Shown here piece by piece: positions 1 to 12,931 of a stretch of 64,000 nucleotides of DNA. The DNA is from an uncultured delta proteobacterium (GTDB lineage: Bacteria > Myxococcota > Myxococcia > Myxococcales > Myxococcaceae). Under the pieces are notes generated by a model that had not been told where the DNA came from, did not search any database, and saw only the letters and a list, made by a program, of their open reading frames with translations. How positions within the stretch are numbered: the first letter of the stretch is position 1; each line of letters starts with the position of its first letter. A program made the position numbers and the translations under genes. The stretch lies in NCBI GenBank assembly GCA_963771175.1, contig CAVYSY010000033.1:320001-384000 (forward strand). The letters are read 5' to 3'.

Positions 1-2651
1 GCCAGTCCACCACCACGCCGGAGACGGTGAAGGGCTGGTTCGCCTTCACCTTGTCCACGTTGGCCTGGAGGCCCACGTAGTACGCCTCCGGGTGCACGGG
101 CACGGTGGCCTCGCCGAGGGTGGAGCGGCCACTGCCGGCCTCGAAGACGCTGGCCTGCGCCACCAGCTTCGCCGGGCCCTTGAAGCCGCCCGCGTCCTGC
201 TGGGCCGGGCAGCGCAGCAGCGTGCGCCCCTTCGTGTCCAGCTCGCCCTTCACCTGCCCCAGCACGGAGGCCTTCGCGTCCGAGCCGCTCGGGCGCCACA
301 CGCCGTAGGCGTACTGGGCATTCTCCTTCGGGCGGAAGACGGACGGCTCCAGCCGGCACGTCACCTCCACCGGACTGCTCTCCGCCGAGCCGCCGAAGAG
401 GTAGGCCGCCTCCACCGTCACCGGCACCTCCTCGCCCTGCACGTAGCCGGGCTTCTCGGCGCGGGCCGTCACCTTCATGCGCTCGGGGACGAACTCCTCC
501 ACGTTGAGGCCGTACGAGGCCACCTGATTCTGGGCCACGCTCAGCACCACGCGGTAGGCGCCCGTGTCCTGGTAGGCCTCGAAGGGCACGTCCAGCGACA
601 CCAGGCCCGCCTCGTTCGTCTTCAGCGTCACCTTCTTCAAGTCTCGCTCGCGCGGGTCCACCACCTTCAGCTCCACCGGCATTCCCTCCGGCGGGGCCAT
701 GTCGTCCTGGCCGCGCAGCACGGCGACCACATGCGCGGTGTCACCCGGGCGGTACACGCCCCGGTCCGAGTAGAGCGAGGCTCGGTAGGGCTTCTCGGAG
801 CGGTACGGCTCGCCCTGCACGTCCGAGTTGGCGATGTCCGTCTTCAGCTCGCTGTACTTGAGGTAGGTGAAGTCCTCGCCCTTGCGAGCGATGAGGGCGA
901 AGGGCTCGGCGGTGTCCTCGCCCGGGGCGGGCACCGTCAGCTTGCAGCCCTCGGCGCCGCCGGTGGTGCAGCGGGCCACCGACTGGCCGCTCTTCTTCAC
1001 CAGGGACACTTCCACGCCCGGACAGCGGCTCGGTGCTCTCCATGCCGAGCGCCCACACCCATACCTCCTCCTTCGCCTCCGAGCCCTTCGGGGCCGCGCC
1101 GCGCTTGGCCACGAGGCTCAGGTCCGTGAGGAGGATGCGCGAGGCGGCCGACTTGTAGCCGCCCGAGGCGGTGAGCTCCACCACGCCCCGGGTGCTGGCG
1201 GGCACGAGGCTCCCCACGTCCAGGTAGGTGGTGGACAGCGTGTCCTGCGCGCCCCGCAGGGGCAGCGTCTTGCGCAACAGCACGTTGGAGGTGCGCTCGT
1301 CGGCGGCCTCCTGGCCGTCGTTGCTCATCCAGAAGATGAGGTTCTCCTGGGGCACGTGGCGCACCACCAGGTCCACCCCGTCCAGGTTGAGGTGGTTGAG
1401 GGGCAGGTTGCGCCAGGCGCTGCGCGGCAGGTAGCGGCCGGTGGTGGCGAAGCTGAGCTGCGGGCTGCGCGCGGAGACGGAGAAGGACGCCTCGTAGGTG
1501 GAGAGCAGCGTGCCGCCCGTCGTCGAGCTGGCGCCCGCGTCGATGCGCATGGCGTAGGAGCCGCGCTTGAAGTCACCGAAGACGCGGAAGCCCCAGCGCG
1601 AGGGCGACACGGAGAACTTCACCGGCGGGTTGAAGTGGATGGCGTCCGCGGCCACGTCGTCGTCGAGGCTGCAGCGGTTACCGCGATTGCCGTAGTACTC
1701 GTAATCCTCCTCGCCCTCGGCCGCGCTGGGCGCTTCGTCACCGCCGACCTCGCGGCAGCGGACTTCCACGTAGTGACCGGTGGAGCCCTCCTGCACGTAG
1801 GCGTTGGTGATGTCGAGGCGCTTGCCCACGAGCAGCTTGAAGGAGCCCTCGCCCGCGGCGGCGGTGGCGGCGTTGCGGCCGGCGGAGGACAGGCCCGACT
1901 TGAGGGTGAAGCGCACCTCGGAGCCCGGCCTGAGACTCGAGCCCCCGAGGGCGGCGGTGACGATGTGGCGCTCCGTGGGGTGGGAGCGCAGCTTCACGTC
2001 GGACAGCGACTTGCCGTCCACGGAGAAGGCGGCGAACCGGCGCACGGCGGCCACGTCCACGGGACCGGAGAAGACGAGGTCCGCCTCCACCTTGCCCTTG
2101 CGCACGTCCATCTGCCGGGGCGAGAGGCGCAGGAAGGAGAAGGCCGACGTGGTGAAGGAGCGGCTCCACTCGCCCGAGGACTTGGGCTTCAGCACGGAGC
2201 CATCACCCAGCTCCAGCGCTTCGAGGGTGACGGTGTACTGGGTATTGAAGGCGAAGCTCTCGCGCGGGGTGAAGACGAGCGTGGAGGGGCTGCGGAAGAG
2301 CAGCGCGCCCGGCACGTCCGGCGACACCGTGACGACGGTGCCCTTCTTCACCTCGTTGCCCTCGGGCGCCACGGCGCGAGGGAACTCCAGCACCACCTCG
2401 CGCGGCACCATGCCCTCGGAGCCGAGCTCACGGATGACGGGGTCGACGGACTCGGCCGAGAGCGGCGCCGGGCTCGTGGCGGACGAGCCGCTGGCCGAGG
2501 AGCCCGCGGTGGAAGTGCCGGACGAGTCCGGAGTGCTCTTGGACTCGTCCTTCTTGCAGCCGGCGAGTGCGCCCACCAGCAGCGCCGCCAGCACCCAGCG
2601 CGCCTTGAGCGAGCGGGACGGCAACGGCATTGGAACTGACCGCGGACCCAT
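1..2651 (-). CDS. Bacterial alpha-2-macroglobulin (MG2 domain) lipoprotein, 5' part; runs off the window start; one frameshift near 1018
   Basis: Lipobox LAGC and Ig-like N-terminal domains. After the frameshift the reading continues with A2M-typical ASLYSDRGVYRPGDT, VEEFVPERMKV and AYLFG. RBS GGAGGA precedes the ATG at 2651. Confidence 0.85.
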
Positions 2652-2872
2652 GGTTCCTCCGAGAAGATGACTCGGGTTGTTCATGAGCATCCCCCCCGAG
2701 CGAAATCGCGGGCGACGCTAGGGCGGCTCGCGGGCGGCGGTCAACGCTGGGGACTCGGAGTCACCCACTGAGGGTCAGCGCACCGGCCCGGCTTCCCGCA
2801 TGTGACTCGAAGCGTCCCCCCTCCTCCGGTGGCCCATGAGGTAAGCTGGCGGGGCTCGGAGGTCCAGCACCC

Positions 2873-3934
2873 GTGCCCCTCGCCAACGCAGGCCTCGCCC
2901 ACATCCCCCCTGAAGCCCTCCTGGTCCTCGCGCCCCTGCTGCTGCTCTGGAAGCGGACGCATCGGGTCCTCTTCCGCCTCACGGCCTGGTGCTGCGACTG
3001 GGGTGCCTTCCGCGCCACGCGCGCCCTCGCTGGCTTCCTGGAGATGCTCCCCCTCGCGGATTGGATGCGCTCCCCGCTGTGGCGCCTGAAGCTCTACGCG
3101 CTCTCGGCACTGGGAGAGACCGAGGCGGCCGTCGCGGGCGCTCGCAGCATCGCGAGCCATGCCAGCGCCGACGCCTGCGCGCCTTGCGCCAACTGCGCGA
3201 TCAACCTCTTCATCAACGCGGGCCTCTACCGGGAGGCGCTCGCCATCGAACGGGACTGGCAGGGCCCATCCCATCCCGACGAGCCGTGGATGGCGCGGGA
3301 GTGGACCCTGGTGCGCTTCAACCTCGTCGAGGCCGTCTACAACCTCGGCGGCTGGGAGGCCGCCCGTGCGCGCCTCGCCGCCCTGGAGGAGCCGGCACGC
3401 GCGTACCCCTACCTCTGGAATTTCTTCCCCATTCAACGGGCGTGGATCCTCGCGCACACCGGGCACGGCGAGGAGGCGCTCCGCGCACTGGAACAGGTGG
3501 ACTGGCGGCGCATCTCCCGGGTGTACCGCAGCGAATTCTTCTTCACCCGCGCCGCGGCGCTGCTGGCGCTCCACCGGTACGACGAGGCGCGACGGGCGGC
3601 GGTGGAGGGGCTGGAGCGCGCGCGCCGGGACTCCAGCGCGAGAAACGGGCTGTTCCTGCTCGGGAGGATCGTCCTGGCGGCGGGACGTCTGGAAGAGGCA
3701 CTGCGCTTCTTCGAGGCCGGCGCCTCCCACCCCACCTACAAGGGCCAGGGCGGAGACGCACTGCTGGCGTGGGGAGACTGCCTCGAGAAGCTCGGTCGCC
3801 ATGACGAGGCCCGCGTGGCGTGGGGGCTCGTCCTGGAGCGCGACAAGCAGAGCGGCGCGGCCTGGGAGGCGACCTCGCGGCTGGGTTCCACCGCCCCCGG
3901 CGCGGTCCCGAGGACGCCGGGCAGGACCGGGTAG
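2873..3934 (+). CDS. TPR-repeat protein with N-terminal hydrophobic segment
   Basis: 353-aa ORF with TPR-like helices (e.g. LFLLGRIVLAAGRLEEALRFFEAG, ALLAWGDCLEKLGRHDEARVAW). Confidence 0.65.
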   Translation: MPLANAGLAHIPPEALLVLAPLLLLWKRTHRVLFRLTAWCCDWGAFRATRALAGFLEMLPLADWMRSPLWRLKLYALSALGETEAAVAGARSIASHASADACAPCANCAINLFINAGLYREALAIERDWQGPSHPDEPWMAREWTLVRFNLVEAVYNLGGWEAARARLAALEEPARAYPYLWNFFPIQRAWILAHTGHGEEALRALEQVDWRRISRVYRSEFFFTRAAALLALHRYDEARRAAVEGLERARRDSSARNGLFLLGRIVLAAGRLEEALRFFEAGASHPTYKGQGGDALLAWGDCLEKLGRHDEARVAWGLVLERDKQSGAAWEATSRLGSTAPGAVPRTPGRTG

Positions 3935-3960
3935 CCGAGTGCCGCGCACGGGGCAGGACG

Positions 3961-4890
3961 TCACCCGCCTCCACGGGCCGGCTCGGGAGCCGTGCCCCAC
4001 TGCTCCGGCGAGTACAGGCACACCCCGTTGCCCTCACCGTCCGTGCCCACACAGAACTTGAGCGCCCCGCAGGAGCCGGGCTGTTGCGTGGAGCAGCGGC
4101 GGCGGCAACGGCCTTCGTGGCAACGGAAGTCTTCCGGGCAGGCCTCGTCCCCCTCCCTCCCACAGGGTTGGACGCAGGACCTCCAGCCCTCGCCCACGAC
4201 GGCGAGAATCGTCTCCGTCTCGCACACCTTGTTCCCGGGACAGGGCTTCTCGTGACAACGGCGCCCCATGACGCTGGCGCATACCGACACGCCCCCCGCG
4301 CGCCGGACGCACTGCTGCCCCTCGGGGCACGCGCGGCCCTCGCACGAGGGCTGGCACACCGGCCCGTCCGGGTCCCCGCGAGCGCAGAAGAAGCCCTCCG
4401 GGCACGTCCCCTCCTTCCCGGGCACGCACCTCCGGCCGCACCACCCGGCAAGCCCGCAGACGAGCCCCTCCCCACAGGCCCATTCCCTCTGGGGTGACAG
4501 CGGCCACCGGAGGCACTGCGCTCCCTCCTCGCGCGTCCCCTCGAAGACACACGCACGCAGCGCCACCCGTTGCCCCGGCAGGGGCATGGACCGGCAGACT
4601 CCATACGGAGAGCACCACTCGTCCGACTCGCACCCCGAGGTCGTGCACCACCGTTGCTGGAAGCGCGGATCGAGAAAGCAGATGAGCCCTGGATCGCACT
4701 GCGCGTCCTCCCGGCAGGGCTGACGGAGGGTGCGCAGGTCGCGAACCTCACCTGGCGACAACCAGGGGATGAAGCGCCAGCCCTCGACCTCCCGCTCCGG
4801 GGGCGCCCGCAGCCAGAGGACGACGAGCAGCATCGCCGGGAGCACCAGCAGCGACCCGGCGAGGACCCCCCACACGACTCTCCACTTCAT
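3961..4890 (-). CDS. Membrane-anchored Cys-rich repeat protein (myxobacterial type)
   Basis: N-terminal TM helix followed by repeated CxxxxxCPEGxxC-type modules; divergent from the toxin-like gene. Confidence 0.7.
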   Translation of the reverse strand: MKWRVVWGVLAGSLLVLPAMLLVVLWLRAPPEREVEGWRFIPWLSPGEVRDLRTLRQPCREDAQCDPGLICFLDPRFQQRWCTTSGCESDEWCSPYGVCRSMPLPGQRVALRACVFEGTREEGAQCLRWPLSPQREWACGEGLVCGLAGWCGRRCVPGKEGTCPEGFFCARGDPDGPVCQPSCEGRACPEGQQCVRRAGGVSVCASVMGRRCHEKPCPGNKVCETETILAVVGEGWRSCVQPCGREGDEACPEDFRCHEGRCRRRCSTQQPGSCGALKFCVGTDGEGNGVCLYSPEQWGTAPEPARGGG

Positions 4891-5009
4891 GGCGCGCGAG
4901 CCCCTCCGTGCTCCCACCTGCCCGGGTACATGGTGCGGGCCATGCTACCCGCGAGGTCAGCCCGCCGCACGACTTCATCCACCACCAACACCGAAGGTAA
5001 CGTGCGCCC

Positions 5010-5909
5010 ATGCCTTCGCGGAAGATTCGTCTCTCGCCCCAGCGGCGCCGGGCCGCGCTCTCGTTCCTGCTCGCCCTGCTGGCCAGCGTCAGCACCGGCG
5101 GCTGCTATGCCTCGACCGAATGCACCGCGGCGGATACCACCCATTCCTGCTGTTTGAAGAATCACCGGTTGGACCCCTGGTTCTGTGATGGGCTCGAAGG
5201 GGCGGAGGCGGCCACGAGCTTCCGAGAGCCCGCCACCCTCACGCAACAGGGTGCGGCACTGAGCACCAAGGAGGTAGCGGCCATCACCGGAGCCGCGGTG
5301 GGCGGCGCCATCTTCATCCTGATCCAGGGCGATGACGACCAACTCGATGAGCTCCAGGACGAGTTGGACCCACTGATGGAGGAGTGCGCCAGGCGCGCGG
5401 AGCAAACAGTCAACCGCCTGCGCTTGGGAGGCAAGATCCTCGGCCCGGACGAGTGCAACGAGCAGGTGGGTGTGGATAAGAATGGGAAGCCCGTGACACG
5501 AGCCATGGCCCTGGGCAACGAGAAACACGAAAAAGCCTTCGCGTGTGTCGAGGAGACGCTGGGAAGGAGCATCCCCGGATACTTCGTCATCGAGCAGCGC
5601 TATCGCTTCAACAGCAAGACGAGACAGTACGAGCCCATCAGCAAGGAAGAAGTCGAGCGACTCGTGCGGACAGGCCGGACGAAGGAGCTCACGGGCAGTC
5701 TGGAGCCCGATTTGGTCATCCACGCAGGAACCCCCACACACATACGCTTCATCTACGACTTCAAGTTCCCCTGCGCCCAAGACAAGCTTCCGACATGGAG
5801 GGCTTATTCGCGAGGTCCTCATCGGGATCATACCCAAGGGGAAACGTACCAGAAGTCCTTCGGCGTAAAACCAGCTCGGGTGTCGCCAAAAGACGGAGTC
5901 ATTCGATGA
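5010..5909 (+). CDS. Putative lipoprotein toxin with C-terminal PD-(D/E)xK (VRR-NUC/TseV-like) nuclease domain
   Basis: Signal peptide ending in TGGC. C-terminal LEPDLVIH...IYDFKFPC motif. Stop codon overlaps the next gene (ATGA). Confidence 0.6.
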   Translation: MPSRKIRLSPQRRRAALSFLLALLASVSTGGCYASTECTAADTTHSCCLKNHRLDPWFCDGLEGAEAATSFREPATLTQQGAALSTKEVAAITGAAVGGAIFILIQGDDDQLDELQDELDPLMEECARRAEQTVNRLRLGGKILGPDECNEQVGVDKNGKPVTRAMALGNEKHEKAFACVEETLGRSIPGYFVIEQRYRFNSKTRQYEPISKEEVERLVRTGRTKELTGSLEPDLVIHAGTPTHIRFIYDFKFPCAQDKLPTWRAYSRGPHRDHTQGETYQKSFGVKPARVSPKDGVIR

Positions 5910-6850
5910 GCGAGCACTACCCGCGAGTCCGCCAGTACTCGGAAGATGGACTGCTGACTTTACGCGATGGGCTCATCATCTGCTTCTTCATGCGGCGCCC
6001 ACACGGAGAAATCGGACCAGCCGTCACGCGCGCCCTGGACCTCTATCTCGATGCGATAGGACCCGAGAAGCTGGGCTGGTACGTGGACCTTCAAAGCGAC
6101 TATGACCCCGAGGAGTACAAGGGTGTGGAAGCGGAAATGCGTCCTCTGGACGGCAAGTGGTGGGCAAAGGCTCGCGCCGACCTGAGCGACCCCACCAGCT
6201 GCATCCTCCAACTGGAGGAGCATGCCGATCAGGTGGGGGGATTTCATTTCGAGTATTACGGCAGGCAGCCCGAAACGCTCAACACGCCCACACAGCAGGA
6301 CGTCGTGAGCGCGGTGTCGTTCTGGCTTCCCACGGAGTACCTGGAAGAGCAAGGTCCCGCGCGCGTCAGGGAACTGGCCACCGCAATGGCTCGCGAGCTC
6401 CCCCTCAACTCCGGCTATGTCAGTCTTGCCTTCAACTACCTCGTGCGCTTCAAGGCGGTCGTCCAGGCAGTACACGAGAAGTGCTTCCGCTACCCGGGCC
6501 TGGATGTGCATGACCTGAGCGAAGCGTCCATGGAAACAGGCACGCGGGTGCGAGGGGCCTACTGGCTGAATTTCTACGGGCAGCCGCTGCTCGGGCAACT
6601 CGGAGGCGCGAAAGGTCTTCGCCAGCAGCTCGAATCCCGCGAGGTAGCTGTCGAGACAGTGGGAGAAGAAAAGGTATTGGTCGCCCTGGGAGAATGGCCG
6701 GATTCGGGAGACGTGGAGCGCAAGAGCGAGCTGCGTCCGTATCGTGCCCTGGCTCGGGTTCTGGAGCCGCACCTGTACGAGGAGCGCCACCGCTGGTTCG
6801 GCTTTTCTCGGGAACAACTCCGTCGCTGGCAGCGCCGCTTCCTCGATTGA
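5906..6850 (+). CDS. DUF3396 (TsiV-like) immunity protein
   Basis: Starts MSEHYPRVR. Family-typical SFWLPTEYLEEQG, RYPGLDV, RGAYWLNFYG and RRWQRRFLD. Translationally coupled to the upstream nuclease. Confidence 0.75.
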   Translation: MSEHYPRVRQYSEDGLLTLRDGLIICFFMRRPHGEIGPAVTRALDLYLDAIGPEKLGWYVDLQSDYDPEEYKGVEAEMRPLDGKWWAKARADLSDPTSCILQLEEHADQVGGFHFEYYGRQPETLNTPTQQDVVSAVSFWLPTEYLEEQGPARVRELATAMARELPLNSGYVSLAFNYLVRFKAVVQAVHEKCFRYPGLDVHDLSEASMETGTRVRGAYWLNFYGQPLLGQLGGAKGLRQQLESREVAVETVGEEKVLVALGEWPDSGDVERKSELRPYRALARVLEPHLYEERHRWFGFSREQLRRWQRRFLD

Positions 6851-6931
6851 GGAGCGCTGACCTTCCAGGCGCCATTCCTCCCAACACGCGCCCTGCTCGT
6901 TCCCGCGGAAATGCGGCCCAGTCGCCGCTCA

Positions 6932-6994
6932 CTTGTAGACGTCTACAAGCAATGTGCGACAAAACCACACACCGCTTGTAGATATCTACAAGCG
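6932..6994. repeat. Pair of perfect palindromes CTTGTAGA(CG/TA)TCTACAAG
   Basis: 6932-6949 CTTGTAGACGTCTACAAG and 6973-6994 CGCTTGTAGATATCTACAAGCG; AT-rich and intergenic. Confidence 0.85.
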
Positions 6995-7068
6995 ACACCC
7001 GGGGCGCGCGTCAAAACGGCTGGAGGCAGCCCGACGGCCCTCGCAAGCCACGGTAAGGTGCGCGGCCG

Positions 7069-7785
7069 ATGCCTCTGCCCATCCGACTGGTGTTGCTACG
7101 CCCGCGCAACGCGGAGAACCTGGGTGCCGCCGCCCGGGCCATGAAGAACTGCGGGCTGTCCGAGTGGACCTGGGTCCACCCCGAGGCCGAGGACCTCGCC
7201 CCCGCGCGCCGGCTCGCCGTCCACGCCGAGGACGTGCTGCGGGCCGCTGGCCGCGCGGACTCGCTCGATGCGGCCGTGGCCGACTGCGTGTGGGTGGTGG
7301 GCACCAGCTCGCGCAAGGTGGAGGGCAAGCGGCGGCTGTCCCCCCGGGCCGTGGCGGAGGAGATGGTGCAGCGCGCCGCCCAGGGCCCAGTGGCGCTCGT
7401 CTTCGGGGATGAGCGCAGCGGGCTCACCAACGCCGAGGTCGAGCGGTGTCACGACCTGTCCGCCGTGCCCACCGCTCCCGAGCAGCCCTCCATCAACCTC
7501 GCCCAGGCCGTGCTGCTGTACGCCTACGAGCTCCGGATGGCCACGCTCGCCGCCGAGCCCCACCCGCCGGCTCCCCTCCCCGTCGCGGCCACCGACTCCG
7601 AGCTGTCCCAGGTGGAGTCCGCCCTGGAGGACGCCCTCGTCACCGGCGGGTTCCTCGTGGACAAGCACAGCGGGCGCACCGGGCTGCGCGACCTGTTCGC
7701 CCCGCTCCGCCGCTCCCGGCTCACGCGCAAGGAGGCGAGGCTGTGGCTCGCCGCCCTGCACACCCTGGCCAAGAAGCTGCGCTGA
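7069..7785 (+). CDS. trmJ: SPOUT RNA methyltransferase, TrmJ/LasT family
   Basis: RLVLLRPRNAENLGAAARAMKNCGL, ALVFGDERSGLTN and PSINLAQAV motifs. Confidence 0.85.
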   Translation: MPLPIRLVLLRPRNAENLGAAARAMKNCGLSEWTWVHPEAEDLAPARRLAVHAEDVLRAAGRADSLDAAVADCVWVVGTSSRKVEGKRRLSPRAVAEEMVQRAAQGPVALVFGDERSGLTNAEVERCHDLSAVPTAPEQPSINLAQAVLLYAYELRMATLAAEPHPPAPLPVAATDSELSQVESALEDALVTGGFLVDKHSGRTGLRDLFAPLRRSRLTRKEARLWLAALHTLAKKLR

Positions 7786-7788
7786 GTC

Positions 7789-8774
7789 TCAACGCGCGGC
7801 GCCCAGCAGCCGGTTCATCAGCTTCGGGTCCTCCGGCAGCAGCCCCGACCTCGGGAGCCGCTTCAGCAGCTCCTTCCAGCGCGGGTCCGCCTTGTACGTC
7901 TTCTGGAGGAGCGGCAGCGCCTCGTCCACCTTCCCCACGTTGACGAGCGACACCGCGTGCCAGAACACCATCTCCGCGTTGCCCGGCGCCAGCGCCTCGG
8001 CCGAGGAGTAGGCCTTCAGCGCCTCGTCCGTGTCGTTGCGCTCGATGGCCAGGTCGCCCTCGTTCATCAGGTTGTAGGCGCGCTGCAGCGTCACCAGCCG
8101 GCGCAGTTCCTTGAGTGGCACCGGGTGGTCCTCCACCCGCAGGTCGAACCTGCGGTCCGCCCAGGGACGCCCCGTGGACTTGCCGGACACCACGATGAGC
8201 GCCGCGGACTGCTTGCCCCGGATGTCACCGCCCTGCGCCTCCGCGGCCTCGAGCGCCGCCAGCATCCGCTCGGCCAGGTCGCCCTTCGCCTCCCGGTAGG
8301 CCCGCGCCATCGCCGGCCACACGGTGTCCTTCTCCATCATGTTCGCCTGCACGGAGAAGTTCTCTCCGATGCTGTGGCCCGCGGCGGCGATGCACTTGTC
8401 CCCCGTGTGGGCCGCCACCCGGCCCTGCGCATCGATCATCGCCACCTGCCGCACCTGACTGGCGGAGTCGGCGGCCAGCAGTCCGGCGAGGGCCTCGGAG
8501 GCGCTGCGACCCGCGCGCATCAGCTCCAGACCGAGCTTCCCGTAGGACGGGTCCACGAAGGACTGGGTGGCCACCGCGCCCACGCCCGCCTCCGCCCAGG
8601 GCACCGCCGAGCCCACCGAGAACCAGTGGGACTGCACCGCCACGCCCAGCTCACCCGTCTCGGGATCTCGCGCGACGATGGAGTAGGTGTGGACGGGCCG
8701 CCGGGGGCGGGGGCCGGCTCGGCGGCGAGCACCGGCACGGCGAGCAGGACGAGCAGCAGGACGGAACGCACCAT
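7789..8774 (-). CDS. DUF1028 (Ntn-hydrolase-like) secreted protein with C-terminal TPR; frameshift near 8700 separates the signal peptide
   Basis: HTYSIVARDPETGELGVAVQSHWFSVG and GGDIRGKQSAAL motifs. Signal peptide MVRSVLLLVLLAVPVLA lies in an adjacent frame. Confidence 0.8.
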
Positions 8775-8935
8775 GGATCCTCCGGAGAGCGGGGCCGGGG
8801 AGCCTGAGCGAGCGGGCACTCGCCTGCAAGCCCACTCCCGCCCGAGCGCCGGGCAAGCGGGGAGGAGAGGCCCGCCGTGCTCCGCGCCGCCGGTCGCTAC
8901 CTTCTCCAGGGAGTCCAATGCGGAAGGAGCTGACC

Positions 8936-9157
8936 ATGTGGCACATGCCCTACGAGCGGATGGCCGTCGGTGACGAGGCCGATGACACCCCGGACAATTA
9001 CGCCCAGCGGGAGGCACCGCCCCAGGGCGAGCCCGGACGCACGCCCGGCCAGGCCGAAGGCGCCGACGGCGAAGAGCGAAAGATGCCCCAAGGCGAGCCC
9101 GGCCCGACGCCCGGCTCGGCCGAGGGTGGTGGTCTCGATGAACCCTCGCGGCATTGA
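8936..9157 (+). CDS. Small acidic hypothetical protein with duplicated PQGEPGxTPGxAEG motif
   Basis: RBS AAGGAG before the ATG at 8936; internal duplication. Confidence 0.55.
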   Translation: MWHMPYERMAVGDEADDTPDNYAQREAPPQGEPGRTPGQAEGADGEERKMPQGEPGPTPGSAEGGGLDEPSRH

Positions 9158-9184
9158 CGCACGACCGTTACAGTGGCCCGAGCC

Positions 9185-10006
9185 ATGTCTCACAAGCCAC
9201 CCCCCCGCAGGTCGTCCTCGCCGCCCCCCTCCGCCAAACACGTTCACCCCGGGAGGTGGGAGGGCAAGCCCAAGCCGGACTGGCTGTCGCGCGCGCTCGC
9301 TCGGGCCGGGGTGCTGGCGAAAGAGGATGCCGAGGAGGCCATCCAGGCGGGCCGCGTCTCGGTGAACGGGCGGGTGGTGAAGCATCCCCTCGCCCCGGTG
9401 CCGCCAGGGGCCAGCGTGCGCCTGGACGGCCTCCCCGTGTCGCTCGAGGCCCCCACCCGGGTGCTGGCCTTCCACAAGCCGGCGGAGCTCCTCACCTCCA
9501 CCGTGAGCCAGCACAAGGTGGGCACCGTCTATGAGGTGCTCCTGCCCCAACTGCCTCCAGAGCTGGCCGGCTACACCTGGCACGCGGTGGGCCGCCTGGA
9601 CCGGGGCACCACCGGGCTGCTCCTCTTCACCAATGACGACAAGCTGGTGACGCACGCGACGTCGCCCGAGACGCTCCTGCCCAAGCGCTACGTGGCCACC
9701 GTCTTCAGCGAGGCGGACGAGGAGAAGGTGGAGCCGCTACGCCAGGGCCTGCAATTGGAGGACGGCCCGACCCGGCCCGCACAGGTGCGGGTGCGCGACG
9801 CGCACACCGTGGAGGTCACGGTCACCGAGGGCCGCAACCACCAGGTGAAGCGGATGCTGGGGGCGGTGGGGCTGCCGGTGCGCGCCCTGCACCGCGAGGC
9901 GGTGGGCGGGGTGGAGCTGGACGTGCCCGAGGGCTCCTTCCGGCTCCTCACCGATAAAGAGGTGGCCGAGGGCCTCCACTACGGCCCCGCCACCTCGGGC
10001 TCATGA
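9185..10006 (+). CDS. rRNA pseudouridine synthase, RsuA/RluB family, with S4 domain
   Basis: S4-like GRVSVNG, catalytic VGRLDRGTTGLLL and TEGRNHQVKRM. Confidence 0.9.
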   Translation: MSHKPPPRRSSSPPPSAKHVHPGRWEGKPKPDWLSRALARAGVLAKEDAEEAIQAGRVSVNGRVVKHPLAPVPPGASVRLDGLPVSLEAPTRVLAFHKPAELLTSTVSQHKVGTVYEVLLPQLPPELAGYTWHAVGRLDRGTTGLLLFTNDDKLVTHATSPETLLPKRYVATVFSEADEEKVEPLRQGLQLEDGPTRPAQVRVRDAHTVEVTVTEGRNHQVKRMLGAVGLPVRALHREAVGGVELDVPEGSFRLLTDKEVAEGLHYGPATSGS

Positions 10007-10348
10007 CTGCCGCTTGAGGCTGCCCACGGTGAAGCCCGCCTGCCGCGGCTGCTCCCGGTTGATCTCATCCGCGTGGGCACGGGCCACCTCCGGCGCGCCG
10101 GAGGAAGAGCGCGAGCCCAGGGTCAGGGCCTCTCGGGGCGCGGCGGGCGCGGCCGGGGAGGCGCTCCGCCCCGCGGCCCCTCCGAGCAGCTCCTGGATGC
10201 GCGCCCAGCGCACCTTCTCCTCGGCCATGAGGCGGGTCAGCTCGTCGCGGGCGCTGGCGTCCTGCAGCTCGCCAGCGGCGGCCGCCACGCGCTCCAGGAA
10301 GGGCATCAGGTAGCCGATGTCCCTGTCGAAACCACTAGGCTTGGCCAT
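10001..10348 (-). CDS. Hypothetical protein
   Basis: 115-aa ORF with RBS GGAGGA and a plausible helical N-terminus. Confidence 0.6.
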   Translation of the reverse strand: MAKPSGFDRDIGYLMPFLERVAAAAGELQDASARDELTRLMAEEKVRWARIQELLGGAAGRSASPAAPAAPREALTLGSRSSSGAPEVARAHADEINREQPRQAGFTVGSLKRQS

Positions 10349-10672
10349 GTGAATCCTCCGCGGGCAGGGAGACGAGCCCCCCTCCCCCTCATCTACTCCG
10401 GGAACGGCCGTCCGGGCAGCTCTCCCCCCATACCCCCGGAAATCGCCGGGGGCGACAGAAGCTTTTGGGGCGCTTCCTGGTTATGAACGGCGAATGTAGG
10501 CTGGGCTCCTCCAGCAGCCCAGCCGCCGGGGGGGGCTTCCCCTCCGGCCTCAGAATGAGTAGACGGCTCCCCGTCTCCCTGTCGATTTGGCTGGAAACTT
10601 CAAGTGGCGGGAAGTAAGGGCGCCCCCTGCCCTGTTCTCGCAGGACTTCAATCAGCAGAAGGACCGACTCTC

Positions 10673-12787
<2,115 letters not shown>

Positions 12788-12827
12788 TGCCGCGCATGCA
12801 CGGCCTGACAGTTCCAGGCTGTTGAAG

Positions 12828-12861
12828 GAAGGCGCCTCCCCCGGGGGCGCCTTCTTTTTTT
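12828..12861 (+). terminator. Rho-independent terminator after fusA
   Basis: GAAGGCGCCTCC-ccg-GGGGCGCCTTC-type GC-rich hairpin followed by a T7 tract. Confidence 0.85.
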
Positions 12862-12931
12862 CCGGGCCCGACGGTTTCCGACGTCTCTTCCGTCCCGGGC
12901 CCTCCGGGGACAAACCCCAACTCGAGTACCT

